Assembly: GCA_951406725.2 (NCBI GenBank) | Contig: OX597826.1 | Location: 50,902,001-50,966,000 of the forward strand | Direction of reading: 5' to 3' | Length of the DNA stretch: 64,000 nt | DNA from: Octopus vulgaris | Taxonomy: Eukaryota | Part shown: piece by piece, positions 13,783 to 27,234 of the stretch | How the letters are laid out: every line of letters starts with the position of its first letter | Numbering within the stretch: the stretch's first letter is position 1 | Notes under the pieces: model-generated | The model's database searches: none | What the model saw: the letters and a program-made list of their open reading frames with translations, nothing else | Told to the model about the DNA's origin: nothing | Translations under genes and position numbers: made by a program

Positions 13783-14185
13783 GGCAGCGAGCTGGCAGAA
13801 ACGTTAGTACGCCGGGCGAAATACTTAGTTGTATTTCGTCTGCCTTTACGTTCTGAGTTCAAATTCCGCCGAGGTCGACTTTGCCTTTCATCCTTTCGGG
13901 GTCGATAAATTAAGTACAAGTTGCGTGCTGGGGTCGATCTAATCGACTGGTCCCTCCACCAAAATTTCGGGCCTTGTACCTAGAGTAGAAAAGAATATTT
14001 ATGAGACATAAGGCGGCAAGTTGGCAGAATCGTTAGAATGCCAGGCAAAACGCTGAGCGGTTTTCAACGCACGTTTTGAGTTCAAATTCCACCGAGGCCG
14101 ACTTTGTCTTTCACCCTTTCGGGATCAATGTAATCAACTTATCTCTCTCCTGAAACTGCTGGCCTTGTGCCAAAATTTGAAGTCA
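13783..14185 (+). mobile_element. Two tandem SINE family A copies, preceded by a 112-bp duplication of flank plus head
   Basis: GGCAGCGAGCTGGCAGAAACGTTAG..GAGTTCAAATTCCGCCGAGGTCGACTTTGCCTTTCATCCTTTCGGGGTCGATAAATTAAGTAC. The second copy starts at ~14012. Confidence 0.85.
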
Positions 14186-14325
14186 ATAGTTACTATGTTT
14201 TCACAAAGCTCCAACTCTTTGACTAAACAACTAGTCAACAGATATTGACTTATAACATAAAATTTCCTTAAATTTAATCTATTTCTCAATTTTCTGTTAT
14301 TAATGACTAGTAGACATTAAAACGT

Positions 14326-14629
14326 GGAGGCACAAGGCCTAGTGGTTAGAGCAGCGGACTCGCGGTTGAGGGATTGCGGGTTCGAATCTCAGACCGGGTG
14401 ATGTGTGTGTTTATGAGCGAAACACCTAAGCTCCACGCGGCTCCGGCAGAGGGTAAAAGCCAACTTCTGCTCACTCTTTCGCCACAACTCTCTCTCACTC
14501 TTTCCTCCTGCATCTTGCAGCTCACCTACGACGGACCGGCGTCCCGTCCAGATGGGGAACCTATGCGCCAAGGAAACCGGGAAACCGGCCATAATGAGCC
14601 AGGCGTGGATCGAAAAGGAACAAACAACA
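14326..14629 (+). mobile_element. tRNA-derived SINE, head B + tail Y
   Basis: The head matches the 2857 and 37709 copies. The tail CGACGGACCGGCGTCCCGTCCAG..GAAACCGGGAAACCGGCC..ATGAGCC matches 44219-44470. Confidence 0.8.
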
Positions 14630-15577
14630 GCAAAGAAATTAAAACACGCAACCTGAAACAGACCACGTTTTACTCTAAATCCACACCAATACTCAAATAA
14701 TGTCCCTAAAAACAGTTAGACTATTAGTGGTAAACTCCGAGCAAACTGAGGTGACAGCATACCACGTTCTGATCTCAGTTCAATAATTTTATTTCATTTA
14801 TTATTCACGTTTGCGATTTCTGTCTGGTCAATGCTTCGGACATGACTTGCTATTGAACGCTCTGACTTACCAATTAAAAAAATAAAGAAGGTAGCAGCGT
14901 GGCAATGCTGTGATTTTCGTGTAGTCCTCTCCAGTTCGACTTAAACTATTATCCGTTTGTGGTTGAGGAAATAATTCTCAATTTAAGGAGTTAAAAGATT
15001 TGATTCTACTAATGTATTCTTTTATTGAAGCCAAAACACGAAATATAATGATCTGCAGTGAATGTGTAAGAGGCGATCAGTATCTAATGGTCATTAACCC
15101 TCCCACCAAACACACGAATTGAATAACTAAATATTTAAAAAGGGCTCAGTACATAAGAATTATGTCATGTAAGGGTATACCAAGGGCCTTCACCTTACCA
15201 GGAATGGATTATGAGGATGCCGTTGTGAAATACGGCATATCTTGAGTATTTTAATACCTGCCAGAGCCCATTCTTCTTGAGATTTACATGAAATCTAAGA
15301 AAAATGACAGGGGCACAGTGAAGTGAAAAGAGGAGGGAAACTGAGCATGAAGGGAAGGCAATGAAATGTGAGAGAGAGGAAACGAAAGAACGAAGAGTGG
15401 AATGAACGAAATAAGCGCGAAAGGGCTGATAGAAGAAGGAAAGAATAAAAGAATAAGAGAATAGAGTCGTACGTAAAGCAGTCAGGATTTTGGATAAAAA
15501 TTTATTTAGCGCTTTCATCTCTTTTGAGAGTTTCATCATCAATGATTTATTTAGAGAAAGCTCATGCCTTTTATATA

Positions 15578-15860
15578 CAGGGTTATTCAAAAAGAATGAA
15601 CCGATTTCATTACCGATTTCAATATTTTAATAAGGAAAAGTAATAGAAAACTCCAGCTAAGTCATAAGTATTTACTCACAATCAACTTTTATTTTCTGTC
15701 TTACGAGTGTTCAATGTGGCCACCACCTGCAGCACGGGCAACATCAATGTGATGAGAGAATTCCCCCCAGACGCGTATCAGCATATCACGATCCACTGAG
15801 TCGATCGCTGTTCTTATTCAATGTTTAAGGTCATCGAGGCTAGTAGGTAGCGGTTTATGT
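15578..15860 (-). mobile_element. Tc1/mariner-superfamily (maT/DD37D-like) 3' end fragment
   Basis: TA followed by a CAGGGTTATTCAAAAAGAATG TIR-like end. The minus frame reads PLPTSLDDLKH*IRTAIDSVDRDMLIRVWGEFSHHIDVARAAGGGHIEHS*, ending at 15701. Confidence 0.75.
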
Positions 15861-16538
15861 CCCACCGCTACAAACTAGCTGCATAATTCAACATGAATGT
15901 GAAACAACATTAAACATCCTATAAGCTAAATGAAGGTTTCTGTAGGAACGCTAAGTCATATTCACTCAGTGAATTTATATAGCGCAAGGATGAATTATGA
16001 TGTTGTCGTTGGCGATGTCGGCGGTGAGGAATTTCATTGTCCTAACGCGGAGAAAGCGAGCAATAGCTTCCTGGAGACAAACGCAAGCTAGACTTCTTAA
16101 GCAGAGAAAAACTGATCTATGTAAGGAATTTGCTGGGCTCCATTGCGATAGGTAGAAACTCCAAGCAATGTTAAATATGGCCCGGACCGTGATTACCAGT
16201 ATGAACGTCAAACTTCAAAAAGTAGTTGTCGTGCGTGGGAAATGAAAAGAGGTTCACTCATCTCCACAATAGTTAACCATTTAATGGCTTTAGTAAATTT
16301 ATACGTTATAATTATACCATCCAGCATAAATAAAAGTCAACTTCATTATATTTTCTTTGTAAAAACTTATTCTGACATTAAATGAGTCAACTTCCCATAC
16401 GAATGTTTACATTTGTACGTCATTTTTCAACGAAAAAAATTCTAAAAAAAATTCTGGAAACGATATACTCATGTAATTTATCCCTAAAGTATATTTTTGT
16501 TTTTGCAAGAAAAGTGCGTAAATTCCATGGGTTTTTAC

Positions 16539-16601
<63 letters not shown>

Positions 16602-16604
<3 letters not shown>

Positions 16605-16764
16605 GGAGTAAAAACATAAATGTGAAACAAGGTGGAAAAAAGAGTACTCAAATACCAGTGGTAGAGTAATATGCTTTATTTAAAGGCAGCAGAAAATTCA
16701 ACAAAACCTGTTACTCAGAGTAACAGGTTTTGTTGAATTTTCTGCTGCTTTAAATAAAGTATAT
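16602..16764. mobile_element. Fold-back insert in (TA)n, probable Penelope-like terminus
   Basis: Near-perfect ~48-bp arms centred on A16717. The unique tail resembles that of 5997-6067 (AATAAA..TTACTCT..TGAGTAC). Confidence 0.65.
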
Positions 16765-17310
16765 ATATATATATACCTATTCGTTTAGATCACCAGTGTA
16801 CTAAATCCCTCATATCCTTTATTATATGTATGTATATGTGTCCTGTGACCTTGAAACTATTAAAACCATGGAGTATAGTCAAATAATGACTTTGTAATTG
16901 TCGAAGAGCTACTGTAAAGAATCCACTTCAACTGATGACATTTTCAGCAGCAATGACACCAGCAAGTCTAACAGGCAGCTGTTTCCAGAGCACCACTATT
17001 TACAGATCCAGAAACGCTTGAAACACCAACCCCGTTCCCACTTCCGGCAAACAGCCACCAACAGGCCGAGGAAGAGATAAACAAAAAGCGTTTGGATAGT
17101 GGGAAAAAAATGAAAGATGAAAACTCAAAAACAAAATTTAACGTTATGGAAAGACAAGAAGTGTGTCCAAGTCAGGGCCTATTGTGACCACTATGATTTT
17201 TACAGTTCTTCGTGTAGCAAACGAAGAACTGAAAGATTGGTAAAATGACCTACTTAGAACATTTAAAGAAAGAGAAAGCGCAGATTAGTGTAGAGGTGAG
17301 CTTTGATTAT

Positions 17311-17519
17311 ACTCTTTTACTCTTTTACTTGTTTCAGTCATTTGACTGCGGCCATGCTGGAGCACTGCCTTTAGTCGAGCAAATCGACCCTAGGACATAT
17401 TCTTTGTAAGCCTAGTACTTATTCTATCGGTCTCTTTTACCGAACCGCTAAGTTACGGGGACGTAAACACACCAGCTTCGGTTGTCAAGCGATGTTCGGG
17501 GAACAAACACACAAGCACA

Positions 17520-17617
<98 letters not shown>

Positions 17618-17780
17618 CGACGAGCTTCTTTCAGTTTCCGTCTACCAAATCCACTCACAAGGCTTTGGTCGGCCCGAGGCTATAGCAGTAGACACTTTCC
17701 CAAGGTGCCACGCAGTGGGACTGAACTCGGAACCATGTGGTTGGTAAGCAAGCTACTTAACACACAGCCATTCCCGCGCC
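17311..17780 (-). mobile_element. SINE family C, full length
   Basis: Head, internal (TA)/(TG) tract and tail all present. Confidence 0.88.
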
Positions 17781-18365
17781 TAGCTACTTACTATACGAAC
17801 ATTTCAGAAGATGAGTTACCTGTCAAACTACATTTAAGGGTTGGGTGGGGAAGCTTTTCATGAATTGCAAAAAAGACACGAATCTCATGCTGCCTGCTTT
17901 CAGTGCTTGGAACACTGACAGCTATTTTCAAGACAAACAATATGCGGTATATAGATAACATGTAGCAGAAAGACGATAGTCAGAGTTTGTGACGGGGAGA
18001 CCTAGTTTGAGATTGTGTATTTATATGCTTTGTTTGCCTTGAGACCTCAACGCCTTAATGTTGTAACAGGGACGTTGTTGTGACATACGGCTTTTGTTTG
18101 GCATTGTTTAGATCTGGCAGAGTTCATCCCTCTCCTGGTCTGACCACAGACGATTTCTTCCTGAAAGAGAAGACATGACTCAGTACATAGTTAAGATTTT
18201 TATCTATCGACTCCAGAAGAATGAAAGGTAAAGTTGACTCACTCGGTATTTGAATGCTGAGAGCCTAAGTAATTATTGCAAACCAATCTATCCGACGCTC
18301 TAACGACTCTGCCAATTAGTTGCCTTATCTGTTTATATACTTAGTAATTTAGTCATTTTTGGTAT

Positions 18366-18436
<71 letters not shown>

Positions 18437-18648
18437 CCTTTCTACTAAAGACACAAGGCCCGAAATTTTGTGGAAGGGGACTAGTCGATTACATCGATCC
18501 CAGTGCTTCACTAGTACTTAATTTTTCGACCCCGAAAGGATGAAAGGCAAAGTCGACTTCGACGGAGTTTGAACTCAGAACGTAAAGACGGACGAAATAC
18601 ATGTAAGCATTTTGCCCGGCATGCTAACGATTCTGCCACCTCCCGCCT
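18437..18648 (-). mobile_element. SINE family A within (AAT)n
   Basis: Reverse complement of the family A consensus; (AAT)n on both sides. Confidence 0.8.
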
Positions 18649-18649
18649 T

Positions 18650-18727
<78 letters not shown>

Positions 18728-20054
18728 GATAGCGATAGAAGCAGTATTTATTCCAAAAGCAATCTTTATATCCAATTTAATGTGGATGTTATGTCAGAAC
18801 ACCGAATACTGCGTTATATACCTAGAGAGGATCTCTCATATGGACGCATGATGCATAAAAGCACACATATTTATATCGTTGGCTAACGAGAATCACCTGC
18901 TACGGGTGTTGGAACAGCCATATCACGTGGTTTCGATCTGCCCGGGCTCAACAGTGGCAGACGTCTGGCAGCAACATAACAACCGAATTTTACAGACAGT
19001 AAAATTTCAGTGTCTTTTCGGGCATTGATGTCGCAAATAACCAGCAGGCTTATTAAAAATTAATTAATAGCGACAGACGCAGTACTGATACCAAAAAAAG
19101 CAATCTTTGTTGCTATTAATTATTGACAACAGTAATTAGAGGCCAATAAAGGAGCTATACGGTTACTGTGACAGAACATCAACGAATGGTCTATCAAGCA
19201 ATTAATTAAATCAATTAACGTTGCTTCAACAAAAGAAAATTAGTTATTATTCGTGTTGCTTAGACCCAAGTGAAAGGCATTCCAGCCATGACCATAGCAT
19301 CTTATTTTCAGACAATATATTTAGAGCGTTAACCAATATGTGTTTTGTTTTTAGAGATGGTAGTATGATTTGTAGAGAAATTTGGTTGTTATTTCTAATA
19401 CGTCTAGTGTCCACATACAGAAGTGTTAGCAGCAAATGTCAGACTCTTGGTACAACACGAGTGGTATGTGTCTAGATAATTCTTGTTTGGTGTCAACCTA
19501 AAGAATTACAGACTGATAGTTGTGGTATTAAGACTATGACATTCTAGGCCGCACCCACTCGACTGATTGGGACATCAAATCACTAGCAGACACGCTCCAG
19601 TCCCTGGTTCACAGGAATACTGTCCCCTCTCTCTTGTTTTCTTTATCGCTACTACTAATATAGCCTTTGTTCCTCAAAGCTGGTTGATCTCGTACCCTGT
19701 CCATTCAATACCCCCAACCTATTCGTTTTTCTACCTCTCATCTCTTTTGTTGCATCCCCCACCAGATCCGCACTAACCAACAAAAACCATTATGTCCCGT
19801 TCATCCTCCCCGGAACATAGATGCCTCTGGAACTTCTATCCTGCTCAAATCTTTCCTGTCGTTATTGACCTACAACAATTAAAACGGAGCATTAACAGCA
19901 TCAAGATCACTGGTCTTGGAGGACCTGCAATGATCATGGGCTACTATCTCTTCACCTCTCATCCTCCTTGTTGCCTCTACCATCTTCTGCCAGTCCTGTA
20001 CTTCAAAGGTCATGAGCACTGCTCGCTCCGTCGCATTCGGCAAGTAAAAAAATT

Positions 20055-20165
20055 CGTTTCAGTCTCACTGCATGGCACTTTGCGCAAGTGTCTTCTGCTA
20101 TAGCCTCGGGCCGACCGGAGCCTTGTGAGTGGATTTGGCAGGCGGAAACTGAAAGGAGCCCGTCG

Positions 20166-20198
<33 letters not shown>

Positions 20199-20532
20199 CA
20201 TATACTATATATATATAAATGGCAATTTCTGTCTGTCTGTCTGTCTGTCTGTTATCATCTTAGTGTCTAAGACTGCGAAGCAATATCCACGAAACTTTAC
20301 ATACATGTTACACTAACAGTTCAATAATAAGCTGATTGGATTTCAATAACAATCTATAATGTGCCTCCCAGGGACGTTGGGCGAATTATATGTAAAATGA
20401 GAAGGAAAAGTAGTCACAGAGAGAGGGTGACTTATATCAGCGAAGGCGAGAACAGCGGTGAAAATGGGATGATAACGTTACTACAGCTGTCATATACAGT
20501 ATGCATATATGCTTTCGTAAATACATTGATAC

Positions 20533-20602
<70 letters not shown>

Positions 20603-20788
20603 CACACACATACACACACACACAGAAGGGGTGAGGAATACGTAGCTTTAAGGAGATAGGATGTAGGTGGCTTTTCTGCTGTTCATCGCAAACACTCTCA
20701 CACAGACAAAGACGCACACATACATACATACATACATACATACATACATACATACATACATACATACATACATACATACATACATACA

Positions 20789-20821
<33 letters not shown>

Positions 20822-21474
20822 CTACTACACACCATTTTAAACTCGTAGTAACCTGTGTGTACGTTTGTAAATGCGTGTGTGTGTATGAGAGTGCGTGTTT
20901 GTGTGTGTGTCACGTCCTATAACTATCTGTCACTTTACTTTTGTAGGGTCTTCCCTGTAGCTATCACATGTGAGATTTTAAAATTACGTCAAAATTTCAA
21001 AATTTGGAATATTGAAATAATTTTCCTCGTTAAATTCAATTTTGTTATTTATTTATTCCAGAAATATTGCAGAAAAATGTTACTGGGGTTTAAAGTTTAA
21101 TCAATTTTACCTAATCAGAAAACAGGATTTGGAAGCTGGCATTTTCTGCTTGATAACTGTTTATCACGAAATTAAAGCAAAATCATTAGGAGGAGGAATT
21201 TTTTTAATTAAAGAAACGAAAGCAAAACATTACGATGATCAAAGTTATAAGATCTGAAGTTTTAATGAATAAAGTCACGTGAAACGGTCAAACAGACATG
21301 TAAATAATTTAGAAACGAAAATTATCCCCAACGAATTTTTTGGCGAAATTTGCACAAATCAGTCCTAATTAAGAGGCCTATCTGTCGGGGAAAGCATGCT
21401 CTGACATGGAATAAATAAAAAATTATATGACATTCTATTTTAAAAATTACCTGGCAACGACGGGCTATTTAACG

Positions 21475-21524
<50 letters not shown>

Positions 21525-21762
21525 CATGTGTGTGTGTGTGTGTGTGTGTGGTGTCCTTATGCCTGTGTTTGTCCCCCATTATTGTTTGGCAACCGATTTT
21601 GGTGTGTTTACGTCCCCGTAACCTAGCGGTTCGGCAAAAGAGACCGATAAGATAAGTGCTAGGTTTTAAAACATAAGTCTTAGGTAGATTTGTTCGACTA
21701 AAACTCTTCAAGGCGGCGTCCCAGTATTGCCGCAGTCAAATGACTGAACGAGTAAGAAAATG
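20055..21762 (+). mobile_element. SINE family C split into 20055-20166 and 21530-21762 by an insertion
   Basis: The 5' half ends GGAGCCCGTCG(TA)n. The 3' half resumes with (TG)n TTTGTCCCC..GCAGTCAAATGACTGAAC. Confidence 0.7.
20198..21476 (+). mobile_element. Non-autonomous Helitron-like element
   Basis: Starts a|TCATATACTATATATATATAAA..(CTGT)n. Ends ACCTGGCAACGACGGG-CTATTTAA-CGAG|t, a decayed hairpin plus CTRR-like end similar to 25252-25279. Confidence 0.6.
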
Positions 21763-22098
21763 AAAAAACAAAAAAAAAACAAAAACAAAGACTACCACCA
21801 CCTGAGGTAAATGTGACCCTCTCCATACAATGCTCCACTGCGACAACTTTTTGTTTATGTCAAGATTTTTCCTAGAAAAGTCATTTATAATATCATACAT
21901 ACACTTTACAGAGAATCGAATAAAATCTACTGATAAAGTTGTGTTCTGATTGTTATCTGTTCTGATTGTTCTGTTGTCTGCAGAAACCGTTAAGTGGACT
22001 GTACACTGTTGATACACTGATTACAAAGACAATAAGAATCTACGAATGTAGGATTGCCAGAGCAAGAAACCACCTATAGATAGAAGCAGAGACAAATA

Positions 22099-22129
<31 letters not shown>

Positions 22130-22239
22130 TGTATGTATGTATGTATGTATGTATGTATGTATGTATGTATGTATGTATGTATGTATGTATGTATGTATAG
22201 CCACTAAACCTCTTTCTATTTTCTCTCCCTGTTTCTTTC

Positions 22240-22380
22240 TGTGTTTCTTTCTGTCGAAGAGCGTAGGCTAGAAACGTAAAAGACTTTCTCACTTCCCAAG
22301 CGTTAAACTAATACATCTGTTTGTTGTTTACATACCCATCTTTGTCTTTTGTTTTGTTGTTGTTAATTCTCACTATGTAT
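22240..22380 (+). mobile_element. Short Penelope-like terminal fragment with a degenerate minimal hammerhead
   Basis: TCTTT-CTGTCGA-a-GAGC gtag GCTA-GAAAC-GTA-AAAGA. Homologous to 11490-11612. Confidence 0.55.
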
Positions 22381-22590
22381 GTATGCATGTTTGTATGTAT
22401 CTATCATCTAATATATATATATATTGGTTATGAGAGGTAATGATCTCAATAAGACCCAAAGGTGTCAGGTAATGCTGAGTAAGTGCTATGGACAGACTAT
22501 AGTTAAGCTCCAGGTTCGGTGATTATGCGAATGAGGTGTCCAACGTAGGTCATATATCAGCATGTGTATATATAAACAATTTTACAGAAT

Positions 22591-23151
22591 GAGATAAAAA
22601 TCCAAGGCTGTGAAAGATTTCAGAACATTTATAAATAGGTCTTACAGTTGTTTCCGGAATATTTTATGTATCCCTTCATCGGAGACGGTGTGAGAAGATG
22701 GTTAAGCAATAGTTATTCTAGATAAGATATGAAATATAGAGTGAAGTGGATATGCAGGGATATTGTATCTGTAGTTCCATTATTATGCAGGGATATTGTA
22801 TCTGTAGTTCCATTATTTAGGCAGAATGGTATATATATATAAGATTCCTGTACCTTGTGAGTAAATTCCAATAGTATTTAAAATTGGTCGTTCCAAGCAT
22901 AGAGTTTGTAAACGGTGTTATTGAATCGAGGTTTTTTTAATTTATTTATCGAGGGTATCCCTGCATATCTCACGTCTATTTTCATTCCTCCACTTCACTC
23001 TCTATTTCATATCTTATCTAGAATAACTATTGCTTAACCATTTTCTCACACCGTCTCTGATAAAGGGATATTTAAAATATCCCGGAAACAGCTGTAAGAC
23101 CTTCTATTTATAAATGTTCTGAAATCTTTCACAGCCTTGGATTTTTATCTC
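22591..23151. mobile_element. Inverted pair of ~160-bp Penelope-like termini, each with a hammerhead motif
   Basis: Arms 22591-22750 / 22989-23151. Motifs at 22639-22686(-) and 23053-23100(+). The spacer has a 33-bp tandem duplication at 22751-22816. A long (TA)n follows. Confidence 0.75.
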
Positions 23152-23155
23152 CTTT

Positions 23156-23282
<127 letters not shown>

Positions 23283-23900
23283 GCACACATACATATATAC
23301 GTATGTATGTTATTCTCTTTCTCTTTTAATTTTATACTAAATTCGATCGGTCACCTACATGGTAGCAAGGTTGGGATGGAGAGTATCTTGTTTTAACCAT
23401 CAACCTTTAAATCTTAAGGTCTTGCAGATTTATATAGTTCCAGATATCGTGATCATTTGTAGCATATGAATTAAGGATTCACATCCTCTCCCCAAGATCC
23501 CAAGATCAGTCATATTTTGCTCCAGACGGGTATGTATGTATGCATGTATGTATGTATGTATGTATGTATGTATGTATGTATGTATGTATGTATGTATGTA
23601 TGTATGTATGTATGTATGCGTGTGTGTTTGTTTTATGTAGTATTATATATAAGGGTAGTCAAATGTTAAATTGAAGGGTCACTCAATTTTTTTGAAGGAT
23701 ATATTTATTTTGTAGTCAAAGAAAAGCTTGACTAAAATTCGAAGTTTCGGCTTAGCTGCTTTCGACAGTTTGACGAAGTAACTGATGACCTTTTTCGGTA
23801 ACGACTGTTTCTGTACAGCTATATAATATGTATGTGTGCATGTATGTATGTATGTATGTATGTATGTATGTATGTACGTATATATGAATGTATGTATGTA

Positions 23901-23951
<51 letters not shown>

Positions 23952-23960
23952 ATCTATGGA

Positions 23961-24383
23961 TCTCTTCTGATAAAAGGCAGATTTTCTCTGCCTGTTCCCA
24001 TGTTCGTTTTTAACACAATTCTACAATATAGAATTTCTTCAATTGGAATTTACCTATGATTTTTCCAAGTAGATTCGATTGGGTCATGGCATATAAAGTT
24101 TTTTCAATTTGACTCCCAATTAAGCAAAAATTCGATAAAACTCAATATTTTACGATTTGTCCCTCTCATTTCAAGTGCTTCACTCCTTCCATTACCATCA
24201 CACTTTCTCCTACTTTCTCTTTGCAAGTGTGAAACTGTTAAAGTGAAAGTATTATATAACAGGGATGAGCCATTAATAGTGGTCGTCCTTTTTGCTAGAG
24301 GAAGATCCGCTAATGTCTTATATGCTACACCACTGGTTTTCAATTCATATTAATCAAATTAATATTCAATTTTTAACCCTTAT

Positions 24384-24424
<41 letters not shown>

Positions 24425-25189
24425 TAGCAATTCGTATAAAACTGCATCAATGACTTGAACTTGAATAAGTGGTTTCACATAAATGGGGATAAATTAAAAC
24501 GGTTTGTTGTTATTATTACTACTGTTTGACTATTGTAATCACGTTTGTTGGTTCCTCTCAGGGAGACGTTGTTGTGTTGCATTTGTTAAATAATTGTAAA
24601 CCGTAACCCTCCCCCTTTCGGAGAAGGGGCTTTGGTTATTGTTTAAAAATTTAATTGTGTCCCTGTTTGGGGAAATTGACAATATTTTCACCGTCTTTAC
24701 GGAAGCATTTTTGTTAAAATGCCTTCGATAGAAGAAAGTCCAAAAATGAATTTCGCTGCAGCTGTACATTTCTATACAAGAGGGAGGACAATTCCAGCAC
24801 ACTCAACTTTTAAATTCCCTCTCAATTTAGCAGCATCCGAAATGCCTTCATGCAACATCAACAAAAGCTCAGATCAGGGACAAGTACTTAAAATGTGTTA
24901 TGTAATTGTCTGGGATGAGTGCACTATGGCTCACAAGGGAGCTTTGGAAGCATTAGATAGGGCCCTGAAAGACATCCGAGACTGTCAGGCTCCAATGGGA
25001 GGTGAAACGCTTCTGTTGTCAGGTAATTTCAGGCACACTCTTCTTGTCATTCCGAAAGGCACTAGAGCTGATGAAGTTCAAGCATGCCTAAAGTCCTTTA
25101 CCCTGTGGCATCATGTTACAATCTTTAGTCTCACCACTAACATGAGAGCTCAGCTACACGGCGACAAAATGTCCACAAAGTTTGTGTAT

Positions 25190-25221
<32 letters not shown>

Positions 25222-25279
25222 CAGAAAAATCTAATTCTTCTATTGAATGTAACCGGGCAACGCTGGGTATCTCTGCTAG
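23961..25279 (+). mobile_element. Helitron deletion derivative (copy A)
   Basis: A|TC start; 3' hairpin CCGGGCAACGCTGGG followed by CTAG|T; internal Pif1-helicase fragment. Confidence 0.92.
24780..25182 (+). pseudogene. Helitron Rep/Hel Pif1-like helicase fragment
   Basis: AHSTFKFPL..IVWDECTMAHKGALEALDRALKDIR..PMGGETLLLSGNFRHTLLVIPKGTRADEVQACLKS..TNMR. Confidence 0.92.
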
Positions 25280-25424
25280 TTCTAGAATAAAATTATTAAG
25301 GTATTTGATGGGTTAAAAGACGCATGGGCATATGAGACGCATCCCAACTTCAGTGGCGCATATTCAGGGAAAAAAAGATTTACACGCATTAGGGCGTGTA
25401 ATATTTAAAACAATTTCGCATACA

Positions 25425-25587
25425 GGCGCAGGAGTGGCTGTATGGTAAGTAGCTTGCTAACCAACTACATGGTTTCCGGGTTCAGTCCCATTGCGTGGCA
25501 CCTTGGGCAAGTGTCTTCTGCTATAGCCCCGGGCCGACCAATGCCTTGTGAGTGGATTTGGTAGACGGAAACTGAAAGAAGCCTGTC

Positions 25588-25670
<83 letters not shown>

Positions 25671-25880
25671 TGTGTCTGTGTTTGTCCCCCTAGCATTGCT
25701 TGACAACCGATGCTGGTGTGTTTACGTCCCCGTCACTTAGCGGTTCGGCAAAAGAGACCGATAGAATAAGTACTGGGCTTACAAAAGAATAAATCCCGGG
25801 GTCGAGTTGCTCGATTAAAGTCGGTGCTCCAGCATGGCCGCAGTCAAATGACTGAAACAAGTAAAAGAGTAAAAGAGTAA
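25425..25880 (+). mobile_element. SINE family C, full length
   Basis: GGCGCAGGAGTGGCTGTATGGTAAG..GGTTCAGTCCC..CACCTTGGGCAAGTGTCTT (CORE-like)..(TA)n(TG)n..CAGCATGGCCGCAGTCAAATGACTGAAAC(AAGTAAAAGAGT). Confidence 0.9.
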
Positions 25881-26815
25881 ATACAAGACCCAGGATGATT
25901 TTATGCGATATTTTATAGTCTTATATGTCATCAAATGCGGCAATTAACTCTTTAAAGTAAAGTTATTGTATTAAACATAACGATTTATTCTACAAATGTT
26001 TTAACCCTTATGACATTATGACAAAGAACCGTGTCCTCTTTCCATTTACAGCGACAAACATGCGTGAATCTGAATTCAGTTGTTTTTTTTTTATGGCTAT
26101 TCGGTGCTCTAATAAATCACCTATGTTTCTTTTAATTATGAAATATTTCAAATATAAACAGAATAAATAATATATCATAAACATTAATTTTCCTGTCAAT
26201 TGTTGTTACAGAAGTTGAAATTTAAAGTTTGGTAGTTGGATAATGAGTACTGGAAACTTATCACTTTCCATCTGTAAAGAGAATAAAAAAACAAAATTTC
26301 TTTTGGGGAAAACAGAAGTGTTTTTTTAAAAGGTTATAAAAGATCTTTGATTGCTAATGGTCAAGGACTCTCGAGATTTGGTCTTCAAGAGCAAGGAACT
26401 TGAGATTTCAAATTAAAATCTTGTTTTTGTTATTAAATTCTATGATTCATATTTAAGGATATATTGAACTTGTGTTTATGTCAACTACAACTGAAAGTAA
26501 AATCTTAATTTGCTTCAGCTTTCGCAATAACAATATCGTGTGTTTCCGCCGTCAGCTATCAAAGAGAGGAAATGAACAGTTTAGAAAAGCTGCGAAATTT
26601 ACATAATTTTATTTCTCCGGCCAAATAAATAGTGCACCAATAAACATCGAAATGTCTTTCAAACAAATATTTACCAATTACTAGAAAAAGCGAGACAGAA
26701 TATTCGATTTATTGTTCTTCCTTTACTTTAAAACTCATTGCATCTCATCTTTCGCCATTATTTTCAATGTCTTTGTCTGATAGTCTCTCTTTTCTCACTC
26801 TCTCTATCTAATTAC

Positions 26816-26881
<66 letters not shown>

Positions 26882-27066
26882 CTTTAATGTCTCTCTATCA
26901 ATCAATTCTTCTTCTTCTTCTTCTTCTTCTTCTTCTTCTTCTTCTTCTTCTTCTTCTTCTTCTTTTATCTCTGTCTAAGAAACTCCGTCTATCTATTTGT
27001 TTGCTGTCTGTTTGTCTCACTCTGTATTTGTCTGTCTGTCTGTCTGTCTATCCATTTATTCATTCA

Positions 27067-27144
27067 CTAGCAGAGATATCCGGCGTTGCCCGGTTACATT
27101 CAATAGAAGAATTAGACTTTTCTGTTATATATATATATGGATAC

Positions 27145-27234
<90 letters not shown>

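Noticed and set aside
16880-17300. Possible host exon ending at AG|GTGAGC (~17295)
   Set aside because: Stops in the frames examined and no recognisable protein; more likely a decayed element.
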